Positions 52,372 through 64,000 of a DNA stretch of 64,000 nucleotides are shown piece by piece. This DNA comes from Selaginella moellendorffii (Eukaryota; Plantae; Lycopodiophyta): the NCBI RefSeq assembly GCF_000143415.4, contig NW_003314306.1, positions 1,442,776-1,506,775 of the forward strand. The letters run 5' to 3'. Position numbers and translations under genes: made by a program. The notes below the pieces were generated by a model, which had not been told where the DNA came from, searched no databases, and was given only the letters and a program-made list of their open reading frames with translations. How positions within the stretch are numbered: position 1 is the first letter of the stretch; every line of letters starts with the position of its first letter.

Positions 52372-53243
52372 ATATACTTATAATACAAAGGTAAAGATCA
52401 TAGAACTTATAAATAGGTATATGCATTTAAAGATAAAGTCTCATGCTTAATCTTTAGCAATTGGTTCATGAGATAAACCTTAAAAATATTTCTACACTAA
52501 ATATACTAATCCTTCTATTGTGTAAATCATTTGAAGCAATTACTTATCCACTTGTACTACAGTCCTATGGTATATATCTTATTCAAATGTATATTATATT
52601 TTAAGTAGTCATTAATTAATAGGAATTGAAATTGTGCTATTTCCTCTGATACTACATGTAATACACTTTATCTCTCTCCCTTAAGCTAATTGGAAAAAAA
52701 TCAATTGCTTAATAAGGGGGCCCTTAGTGAATATTTTATAATATCCCAAGGATGTATGGTAGTATATCTAAATCTAATTCTATGATTATATACACTATAA
52801 AAGTATATGGACTGAAATAGTAAAATACTAATCATTGAAATTTATAGAATTTTTATGTAAGATATAGAGTAATTGACTATTTTATATTATAATATGGATC
52901 TAAAGGGCTTTTTAAGATATTTTAACTGGAGGAGTTAGTCAAACCCTAGATACAAATCTCACAATTCATAGTAAGGCCTCACAACCATGGCCATAGCCTC
53001 CTCTGTGTTGCTTCTCATCTGTGATTTACATAGCCAAAAAGCTAAATTGATTTTCTAAAATAAAATAAAAGTTTTTAATATTCACAATAATCCAAAACCA
53101 TTACAACATAACCCTCAAGAGAAGCAAGCCAAACTCATCTTGACAGACTGAAACACTAGTAAAATTTCACAAATTCAAAGTGGAAGCTTAAATACTACTT
53201 AAAGGAATCATAGCACTACTACATGCTTAGTATTCTGCTTTTC

Positions 53244-56024
53244 TCAGGCAACTTTTGGGCGTTTCTGTTGCAAATCGTCCGCAAACTTTTCTGTGGCATC
53301 TATTGGGCGCTTCTGTCGCGGATCACCTGTAAACTTGAAATGTCGCATCATGATATCATGGGAATAGCGTATCACGAATGTGTCTTACCAAGCTCCTTAA
53401 TGTCAGAGACGTTTGGAATTGGAAGCTTATACGTGTCAGGAAGCAGCAAATGGAGCCATGATTTCGCTTCCTCTGATTGCTTTCCAGCCTCCACCTCCGT
53501 ATCCAGCACCGCAATTGAAAGTTCAGCTAGAAGTCTCTTCGCCTCAGCACCAAGGAAACGAAAGTTGCGTTCGAGACCATAAACTGTTATGTGCGCAACA
53601 GGCTCCGTCTCCTGTCCATAAGCGTCGTCATCCTGCGAGTAAGACTTATGCAGCTCATTCTCCTTCCATAACTTTGTTGGCACTGGCTCTTTATGTTTTG
53701 GTTCTTGGACATTGATGAGGACCGTCACCACTTTGATTTCGATTCCTGAGACTTGCATGAGCCTCGGCCTCAACGCAGTCGTAGAAGCTTTGTTGAGCCA
53801 CCCACACTTTTTACTGTTTTTGACCGAAACGAGCAGCGCAGTCATCCCCCTGGAAGTCCAGACCGGAATAACAATGTCATAACCTCGGACTTTATTGTTG
53901 GCTTTGTACATGATTGCACAGCCTCTCATGAACGCAGCTGCCAAGATCTCGGGTGTCAACTGCCCCTGCTTAACCAGCATAAAACTGTTAAAAAAGACGG
54001 CAGCGGATTCATCCAGGCCGCTGCATGCCTCGTCAACCTGTGCCTCCTCCCAGCCCAGCAATCGTCCGATATAATCCCGGAGAGGAATGCGGCGTAGGTA
54101 GTAGTCACCCTTGTACAAGCTCCAACAAGCTTGCAGCAAGATGAGCTTCACTATGAATTCCCCCCGAGGTCCAGCATCCACATAGCCATCGTAGCAGCCG
54201 TTCAGGAACAGCCCTAGAGCAACTTCTAGAGGCTCGCCACTCTTGCGGTTGAGAATCCTAGCGGCCGCTTCACTCACAACGGGCTCCACGGGCTGACTGA
54301 TATGCACTCTCGTACGATCGAGGGAGATGAACGTAAGGATACTCATGTGAGAAGCGACAAGAAGCTGGCTTTGCGCACTCCGCGGGCATATCTCCAGGCC
54401 CGCTGATGCTGAAAGCAAGGCCAACGCTTGGCTCTCAGCCATCTGTACCTTTCCGGTAGAACCACAAACGTCCACAGCTTGCCCCTGAAAGTCCCCGTGC
54501 AGCACCCCAACCAGCTTGGCTTCCGCGAGATCGAGGAGGCTCCACACATTTGGATTGCTGTCAAGGCGGCTACTCCATAGGGGCCTTCCATACCTGAACA
54601 ACTGAGCTGGAGACAAATCCGTAGTCCGAGGAACAAGGTCCATATTCACCACCTGATGAATAGGCCTTAAAAGCCGCAAACCCAGGATATTAGCTTTCCT
54701 CGACTGGTCCTCGTGCCGTCCCAGGATATTAGCTTTCCTCGACTGGTCCTCGTGCCGTCGAGGCTGCAGATTACTGATACTCCCCATCGTATCCATGACA
54801 ACTGCAAAGTATTTCTTGTGTGTGAAGAAAGCTCTCGCCACTCGCCTCATCTGGTAAAACGGCGATTGTACCATACTGAAGGTGCTTTCCCCATTCGGTA
54901 AGAGACCGCGACCTTCATCAAAAACAAAAAGCACCTGCACCTCCCCCTCTTCCGGCAGTACATCCTTCAAGTTTTCAAGCTCTCGTTGGAGTAGATTCTC
55001 GTTCCTGGCATCCGGTGACTCACTAATTTCCTCTACAGCTCTGCTGTTGATCAATTCAAGCCATTTCTTGTGCACGGCCTCCGCAATACTGGACGAATCC
55101 ATCTGGGAATCCATCCACTGCACTGAGCTCATCTTCTCACCCTTCACCGTCTCATGGAGGACAAAAAGCCACGCCTTGAAGTATAGCGCCATCTCCAACT
55201 CGCTGTTCGTTCGGCTGAGCTGGTTGGCAAGCTCCCCAGTTCGAGGAGGACAGGCGCTACTGTTTGCTGCCGCCGTGCTGCAATAGCAAATATACACTCC
55301 CAGGCGCGACATCTGCATCACCCCGCGTGTTTTCCCCGTGCCAGAACCCTGTACTATGGAGGTATAGCAGCTGTAGTGCTGGTCTACACAATAGCCAGTG
55401 CTATAGGCCACAATAACAGAAGAATTCAAGACTTACTCTTTGAGCATTCGTTCCTCAACTTACACAGCTCCTTGTACAATATCTTATGAGCCCCCCCAAT
55501 GTACTCCCTCCGTAACGATTTCATCGCCACTTTCATATTACTCTCGTGCCACAAACGATCACGATCAGGCCCAGTGTTCTCTGCACAGGCACAAGCAAAA
55601 GAATACTCGAGCACCAGACGAAAACACAGAACTTTCACCTATCGGCTTCTGCATGAGGAGCCTTTCACATTGACGCAGCCACTCGCACGAAACATACTCC
55701 AACCTCTCCTTTATCCACTGTAGCAGCTTGAGGTCTCGTGTTTCTTTCTTTGCCACTAGTTCGCTTATCGTGTCGGAGCGAGCCGCTACTGCACAGGAAA
55801 TGCAAAAAGAACAGTAGCCTAAAGAAACAGCGAAAGAACTTACAGTTGAACAGCGCAAAGATTTGGCATGCGAGATCAGGATTTCCTGGAAACAAGGCGA
55901 AAACCTCACATACATCGGCCGTCCACAACCTGGAGGCCGAATAGCCTTGCCGCTGAAGGCGCTCATAGTCAGGCCCGCAAAGATCCCGCAAGCGCTCCTC
56001 GCCGTCATCGCAGACGCTCTCCAT
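53244..56024 (-). CDS. Crinkler/RHS-type NTPase + nuclease protein, copy 2; exons 56024-55844, 55788-55639, 55580-55437, 55383-53389, 53326-53244 (850 aa)
   Basis: Same exon structure as copy 1; in-frame 39-bp duplication; nuclease motif GYDIVIP...VSVKN. Confidence 0.8.
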
Positions 56025-56744
56025 TAAACCCTAGAACTTACCACCCAATCTTATGGGGTCTGTCAACATATAGTAATTTCAATTTACTCGTTTCACCATT
56101 AAAATTTTCGTCACATCTAGTATCAGCTTTCCTCTGAGTCCGCATGGCCCTGCACAACATGAAACGCCATGTAAAGTTGAAGCCAACCAAAAGAGTAAGA
56201 AGAAAGAAAGAGGAGTTACATTTTGGTAAAAGGTCACAATATGTACTGCTCGAAGTAGACTATTGTTGCTGTGCTGTTTCAGCATTTTGCATTGCTCACA
56301 GCCTCCGGCACTGGCATAAGTTGTGAATTGTACCACTTCTGCAATTGCCAAAGCAGTGAAGTATATACTTCTAAGTGGCTGGAAATTATTTTCTACATCT
56401 TGTGTTTTGCTTGGCATCTGGATCTCGAGTAATGGGAATCACTGCAAGCGCCATTTAAGGATTCTGAAGCTTCTAATGTAGCAAGTATGTACAATAACAA
56501 AAACATCAGGTCAACATGCGGCAATGGCAGAAGAATGTTTTCTGATTTTGCATGACATTTCTTCATCCTTGGATTTTTTCCCCTATGAGTTTGCTGTTCT
56601 TCTTGTAATAGGACAAGCATTGTGAGGATTAGCAAAGCAAAACTTTCAATACTAGTAGCATAGAAGTCATATTTAAATTCTTGCTGCTTGCTAGACTGTA
56701 GTAAAGATTGATTCTTATTTATCCAACAATTTATTCTAAGTGCT

Positions 56745-58166
56745 AGGGGGCTGTGAATTTCTGGTAAGTAGCAAATTTTCTTATATCTCCGTGTGAAGAG
56801 CTGTGTTTATTTATTCCAGGAGAAAAAAAGCCAGGTACTTCAAGGATGGATTGTACTACCACGGTATCATGGAACTTACTCTTTGATATGATGCCTCTAA
56901 TCTACAAAGTTATGCAGGTGGTATGGGTCGACTCATTCGAGCAGTGAGGGCGCTTGCAAGGCTTACACGAAAGGTTCTTCTTCCAGCCAAGCAAGGTTAT
57001 CTGAATCTGTTGTTTTTCTTCACAGGAGCGCTTCATCGAGTCTCTTGTTAATGCGTCCACACTACAACAACAAAGAGAGCTCTGGTATAATGCATCCGCA
57101 TGCACCAAAAGTAACTGTCTCACTTTGATTGCCTGAGCAGGTTCGCTTGTGTAGGATCACAAGCTGGGATTTTTGCGAAGATGGTATCTTTCTTCGTAAC
57201 CAACAGATTCACGATGTCGTTTTGTGCTGGAGTGTGCAAAGGCCAGCTTCGTCTGCTACGCAAGGAGGGCAACTTATACAAGTAAGACATCTTTCTCAGG
57301 CGTGATTCTCATTGAACCACTTGTCCTTTGTTTTCACAGCTACATTGTCCGCTGTCTAAATTCAACAGCTGCGTATTCACATCTCCGGGACAGCAACTAC
57401 TTTTACCGCTGCTGCCTGACTGGGAAGTTTTCATCCAACTGCTGTCCTCGTTTCCTGGAAAAGGAAAACTTCCACAAACTCAAGGTACTACACACGAACG
57501 ACTTGCCATGAATTTCAAGACTTTTGTGCTGTGTTGCAGACAAGGCTTGCTGCGGAGGAGTGCCTGTTGATCCGGACAGCCACATTTGTGGAGGAGCTTT
57601 CGAAGCGAATGTACACCAAGGTACGTACCTGGAACTTCTTGTTTGGTGAAATGCTGTGTATTGCTTGGTGCTCAGGTGATTTTGATGGACCACGTCGACT
57701 GGCTAGAACAAAGCGACGTCGATGTCCTTTGCAAAGCGCTGCAAGCACATGTAATTGTAAGTAGTTGCGAATTTCCACACCCTCGATCACCTCACACTTG
57801 TGATTTCCACTTGGTTTTTAGCCTGGAGGCCGCGTGATCTGGCGCAGTGCGTCGCGACCTCCAAGCTACGCCAATTGCATCGAGAAATCTGGATTCAAAG
57901 GTTCGAAGTTCTTTCCTTTTTGGAACTGTTTTTGGAAGCTAAAAACCAATTGTTTCTGCGCAGTGATCCAAGTAGCAACGAGCAAGGCTTACATGGACAG
58001 AGTAAACATGTACGCGAGCTTCTTCGTGGCTGTTCGCGTGGGTGGATTGGCATCCATCAAAATTCCAATCCATCCATCATCGAGGCTTCACGATCACAAG
58101 CTGGATCCTAAAGAACCCGAGTCGCCGGACTCGGTGCTACCAGCGCCATTGTGGATCGAGATTTGA
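56745..58166 (+). pseudogene. 5'-truncated BTA1 copy (3' part of the BtaA domain only)
   Basis: Starts mid-exon; 9-bp in-frame deletion near 57155 and a W>S change; no start codon or BtaB half. Confidence 0.85.
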
Positions 58167-59177
58167 TCGATCATTCCTTCCACTTCTCCACTGACGTCTA
58201 TCGATTAATTGGAACATAACCATTGTTAATCAGCCCAAGGAATATATTTGGCCCAAACCATATAAATTGACTATCCATGATGGGATCTGCACAGCAAACT
58301 CCCGAAGCAGAGGTTATGTAGAATTTGCTGCATTGCGTTAAACATGCTGTTTGAGCATATAAAAAAAAATGGTGGTGATACTCCTTTCATGGCAAAAATC
58401 CGCAGCCACCTTCGCAGGATTAGGACTGCTTGCCACGATCAATTCTTGTGGTGGTCTCTTTTGCCACCTTTGCAAGACTAATTCAGGTGCAAGCTGATTT
58501 GACTAAAATAATATAGACCCCTTACCAGGTATTTTGCCATGAAAGCCAGGAGTGCTGAGCAGCACTAGACCTGGCAGCAACAACAAGAATAAGAAGTATG
58601 GAAGTATAGAATTAAAAGTATAGAAGAATAAGTAAGAATATTGGCTGAATTAGCCTTCTTAACATCAATCTTTAAGATTTAGACGATGGGATTGATCCAC
58701 AACATCACCAGAATGTAAATATGTTTTAAACTTGTTTATATGGAACATTAGATGAATTTTTGAATTAATTGGCAAGTCCAAAATGCAAACAAAATCCCCC
58801 ACACTATGAAATTGTCTAAGGCCCATAACATTGTGAAGACAATGTAGCACCACCACCTCTTTTCAAAGACCATTTTGCATATAACAACTTAAGGAAAACT
58901 TTATCACCAACTTCGTACTCTTGATGATGATAATGTTCATTAGTTAATCTTTTATCTTGTTCTTGAGTTTGTTTCATGTTTAACTTTGTCAACTCAAATT
59001 TATCTTGTATATCCTCCAAGAAATAAAAAATATAAAGCATCCAAACCAAAGGTAAATTCAAACTCATGGAATACTTAAGAAGCTCATAGCCATATATTAG
59101 CTTATTAATGAGCATTATATGAGCAAATTAAAGTGTGTTTACACTCTGGTGATGTCATGTCATGATGGAGCTATGAT

Positions 59178-59845
59178 TTGACTTCACCTAATTGCTTTCC
59201 AGCCTCCACCTATGTATCTAGCATTGCAATTGAAAATTAAACTAGAAGTTTCTTCGTCTTAGCACCAAGGAAACAAAAGTTGGGTTCAAAACCATAAATT
59301 GTTTATTGTGCACTGTCTTCTTGCCAAAGCTTCGTCATCCTGCCAGTAAGACTTATGCAGCTCATCCTTCCTTTGTTGGCACTAGCTCTTTGGTTCTTGG
59401 ACACTGATGAGGACTGTCACCACTTTGATTTGGATTGCTATGACTTGCACGTTATTGTTGGCTTTGTACATGATTACAACGCAGCTGCTCAACTCCCCCT
59501 GCTTAACTAGAATTTAAACTGTTAATAGAGACCGCAGCGGATTCATCCAGACCGCTGCATGCCTCGTCAACCTGTGCCTCCCCCAGCCCAGCAATCGTCA
59601 GAGATAATCCCGGGGAGGAATGCGGCATAGGTAGTAGTCACCCTTGTACAAGCTCCAACAAGCTGCAGGAGGACGAGCTTCACTATGAATTCCCCCTATG
59701 CCCAGCATCCACATAGCCATTGTAGCAGCCGTTCAGGAACAGCCCTAGAGCAACTTCTAGAGGTTCGGCCACAAGAATACTCATGTGAGAAGCGACAAGA
59801 AGTGGCTTTGAGCACTCCGCGGGCATATCTCCAGGCCCGCTGATG
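59178..59845 (-). pseudogene. Second deleted relic of the NTPase-nuclease gene
   Basis: Duplicate of 10120-10765. Confidence 0.85.
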
Positions 59846-60124
59846 CAAGTGATAATACTCTGGATGGGTACGTACCTTGAACATCTTGTTTGGTTCAGTC
59901 TTTGAAATGCTGTGTATTGCTTGGTGCTCAGGTGATTTTGATAGACCACGTCGATGTCCTTTGCAAAGCGTGATCGTAAGTAGCTGCGAATTTGTACACT
60001 CGAGAGTCTCGAACACCCTCACACTCGGGCCATTTTTTAGCAAAACTACTTATGCTAAGTCGAATTTTCGAGACAAGAATTGCAGTTGCAGAATTTTCGA
60101 GTTAGTTTCGGGCGCGGTTGCAGG

Positions 60125-61430
60125 GTCATGCCATGGCCGATCTTTCACGATTGCCATGCCCTCCCTCCTCCCAGGATCTTGAGGATGACCCAGCTGGTGC
60201 TGCTCTGTTTTCTTGCGACACCACGATCGCTTTGCGGCCGACGCTGTTCCTGAATGGTATCAAGGCATTGCAGATTATCTGGCTACCGGCGAGTTCCCTG
60301 CTGACTTTACTGCCACCGAACGCAAGCGACTTATTATCCAGGCTCGTCCATACTCTCTCCTGCATGGCCAGCTCTACATCCTCGGCCGTGACGACGTTCT
60401 ACGCCGCTGTATCCTTCCTCACACTGTCATCACTTCATGCCATAATTCACCTTAAGGCCACTTTTCATCTGAGGCAACAATTCGTTTGGTTCTTCAAGCT
60501 GGCTATTGGTGGCCAACGCTTCACAAGGATGTTGCTACCTACGTTCAGACCTGTGATCCCTGCCAGGGTGCTGGTCGCCCAACTCACCGCGATCTGATGC
60601 CGCTTAATCCTCTGCTTCTGGTGCTTCCTTTTGAGAAGTGGGGCATCGATTTTGTGGGACCGATCAAGCCGGCCAGTCATCCTTCCTGTTGTCGCTACAT
60701 TCTCGTTTGCATGGACTACGTCACAAAGTGGGCCGAGGCTGAAGCTCTCACGGAAGATACAGCCAAGGTTGCGACTTTTCTTTACAAGAACATCATCATG
60801 AGATTTGGCTGCCCTTTGGAGCTGGTGAGTGACCGAGATACTCACTTCATCAATCAAGTGATCGAGACCTTGGTGGAGAAGTATGGCATCGCTCATCGCT
60901 ACCACCCTCGTGCTTGGTGCGCACCAACAAGATATGTGTGACATCATCATGAAGCTCGCAAGTGCTTCTCGCACAGATTGGGATCACCGTTTGCTCGATG
61001 CACTCTGGGCATACCACGTTGCTTACAAGGTCACCACCAAAGCTTCACCGTTCCATCTTGTTTATGGACAAGAAGCCATCCTGCCGCTTGAGCTCGAGAT
61101 TATGGCTGTCGAGCACAACTTGGACTGGGACAACACTCTTCAAGCTCGACTGGACATGCTTCTACAGCTCGACGAGCGTCGACTTCTCGCTTTCCAAGCT
61201 CGCGAAGCATGCCGCAATGGTATGATCGTCATTTGCGTGCTAAACATTTTTCTGCTGGTGGTTCTGCTGTATGATAGCAAGCACTGAAAAAAGCATGGGA
61301 AACTACGTGTTCACTGGCTTGGGCCATATTGCATTGTTGAAGTTTTTTCTAACGGCTCAGTCCAGCTTGAAGATTTCAGTGGGAACTTCTTACCAACTGG
61401 TGCTCACTTGCGCAAGTACCATGAGTGAGA
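60125..61430 (+). mobile_element. Ty3/gypsy integrase remnant (duplicate of 11050-12372)
   Basis: Same motifs; PEWYQGIADYLATGEFP..ERKRL upstream. Confidence 0.9.
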
Positions 61431-64000
61431 TGAAGCTGCCATGGAGTTATGTGCTCTGGGACGGAGCCCAATAGGTGGGGGGTGATGTAGATTCCAACTT
61501 TAGTCATGTCACCAGTGGGATTGTATGTAATGTATGTCTGTCCTGAAGATTACCAAGAGGGAGTGGACCTGGGCTATGATGGTGCTGAGGCACGTCAAGA
61601 AGAAGCTATGCTGTTGATGAGAAGCCAAAAACCAGCCTAAGAACCAGACACTCTGTGCTGCTGACCTACACAGCCGCAGGGCTGCCGGGGTTTCTGGTTC
61701 TTCAAGACAAACATCTTTATTCTTTTTATATAATCCCATTTTTACTCCTCTCCTATCATGACTTGGCTAAAGTTGGAATATTCTCTCAGTACTACATCAT
61801 TCTTTATATATAATCCCTTTTTACTTCTCTCCTATCATGACATGGCTAAAGTTGGAATATTCTCTCAGTTCTACATGCACCATTCACGACTGATTTTTAT
61901 CAACTTTTACATAGTGCATCACAGTGTTCATCTACAATTTCCTCTGGCTTCAAAATGCTGCACAAGCTTAATATGGAAGAAATTCAAAAAGTCTTAGATT
62001 CAATGGAAAGAAAACTCTTAGAAAACAATTTAATTTGTGCAAAATGGGCAAACCACATTATATCGTTCAGTATTATAACTTTATACTACAGAACTACTAC
62101 ATTACTTCACCTAGGGAATTTTATAGGAATTAACCAAACATGAAATTTCATTATATATATTTGACAATTACAACTTTAGGGTTCTTTAGTATCCAAGTGG
62201 CATTATAATAATTACTGCCTAACTTGGTTTAGTTTCATAATGCCATACAAAATTATGTTCTATGAGGATGGAGCAAATTGATACTTCACTAATTCATAAT
62301 AAGGAAGTGTTTTAAGTGTATAGAATATAGAAATGTACATATTTAATAAGCTTAATAACCTCAGATTATATATATGAATGAGTGGTCCAGATTAAAATCA
62401 ATTTGACAACTATGAAAAACTATATAATAATTTTATATGGCATTATTATATCATCACCTCCTATTTAAATGATGGAAGGGAAATAAGATTCTCCTATCGA
62501 TAAGTTGAGATTTGGAAGAACATCAGGAGGACACACCATTGAATTTGTAGGTGGTGTAATTTCTTTTTAATCCTTTTATACATATATAATTTCTAGAGGA
62601 TTTATTTGTTAAATATTATGTCAAATATTATAAACTTGTAATCTAACTTGCTGCAACACTCAATATAGTCCTTTCTATTAGGTATAGAGCCCTTTAAAAA
62701 AACCACTTATTATAAGATTAGGAAAAATAAACCAACACCAAATCATTCATATTGATGGATGATATGAGAGTTGTAGTATTATTATTATCCCACTTGTATG
62801 TGACTTAAGTATTTAGAAAACTCTACTTGAACCAGTAGAAAAATACTCATTAAATATTAATTTCAAGATTTAACATCATTGGCAATCATAAAAATAAACT
62901 CAAATTGATTAGCAATATATGCATAACTATATATGAGTTTATATAATGAAGCACTAATAGAACTTTACACCCCATAACATATGTGTACTAGAGAGATAAT
63001 AAATAATCATCCCAATCTAAATATTAAAAGTTATATACTTTGCAATTATCCCCTTGAAGGTTTAAATGAGCAATTCTACCAAACTATCTATTTATGGATA
63101 CTAAACACTCATGAAAGTGTGGTATATCAACAGCCAAGACATTAAGATGTAAATTACCTTAACCATAAATGCAAAACTATTATCTAAAAGAATTCATTTC
63201 AAACAAGAATGCTAAAACATTACTTAATTAGAGAGGAAGTATTTAATAACAATTGTAAATGCATTAATAAGAGCACAAACTTCCACCTAAGAAGTTATGA
63301 GACCAGAAGCAATAATGACATATTCATTATTGGCAGTTAGTCATAAAAAAAATGTCACCAGCTCAAACAAATAAAAAATTACAAACACACAAAAAGGAGT
63401 GTTATGAGTTTAGCACCAAATAAAATTATACACATACAAGATGACTATAAAAAACAAATTCCCTAAGATGTTGTTAGCTATAAAATTAAGATCCAAATAA
63501 TAAAAAGGTTTGATTAGATATATCTAGGGCTGGATGTATTTAGGACTTAATATATCTGAGACCGAATTCAAAACCGAGTTTAAAATATAGACAAAGATTG
63601 AATTCAAGACCAAATATAAATAGGGGTCAACTATAAAGGATAATAGCCCAAGAGTAAGAATGTCCTTTTTTTTCCAATTAGTTAAATGTTTTGGGATATT
63701 TGGAGTTAAATATCATTAATTTTGCATACTATTGGGTTAAATAACCTCTAAAACACTTGAGACCAAGTTTAAGTTTAAGTTTGAGTACTATTGAGTTAAG
63801 TAACCTTTAAGAACATTTCAGACCAAATCCAAGAAACAACTTTACAATCCCTACTATTTCTGTAGATTTCAATGTTATTTCCTAACATTATATATTGCAT
63901 GTGTAATTGCAAGTTTGTCTTGCTTTAAACCCTAGCCCTAGTAAGAAATGGTTTTAAAAAATTAAAATGCAAATTTAATTTATCAAATTAGCAACTTGGT

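Larger units (their letters stand above)
56745..64000 (+). repeat. Segmental duplication of ~7658-14890, running off the window end
   Basis: Continuous high identity from agggggctgtgaatttctggtaag through the BTA1 3' half, NTPase relic, gypsy integrase and AT-rich flank. Confidence 0.95.

Noticed and set aside
56700-56750. Helitron 3' end (CTAG at the duplication junction)
   Set aside because: No subterminal GC hairpin and not followed by T; better explained as microhomology.

Overview
Eukaryotic, land-plant nuclear DNA. It is most consistent with a lycophyte such as Selaginella, inferred from very short 50-80 nt introns, a betaine-lipid synthase gene and PPR debris. The first ~9 kb is a compact gene block: a CRIB-RhoGAP (RopGAP, with a GC-AG intron), an intronless TM+ARM-repeat gene and a ~16-exon BTA1 (DGTS synthase). 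The rest is a rearranged, repeat-rich region. It holds Ty3/gypsy remnants in direct and inverted copies, two broken alpha-carbonic anhydrase copies, tRNA-Pro(AGG), PPR and LINE fragments, a nuclear organellar rpl20 gene, and a >7 kb segmental duplication (7.66-14.9 kb repeated at 56.75-64 kb). Two things stand out. (1) A 5-exon gene in two intact-ORF copies plus two deleted relics encodes a variable SAM-like header, a P-loop NTPase, a PD-(D/E)xK-type nuclease and a C-terminal bipartite NLS visible only after splicing. This is a Crinkler/RHS-type NTPase-REase module, with diversified ends and repeated loss of the nuclease core. (2) A small LTR family carries a 5S-rRNA-derived segment (Cassandra-like TRIM), including a solo LTR with TGTAAGC...GCTTACA ends and a perfect 5-bp TSD. 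All family assignments come from motif recognition, not database searches.
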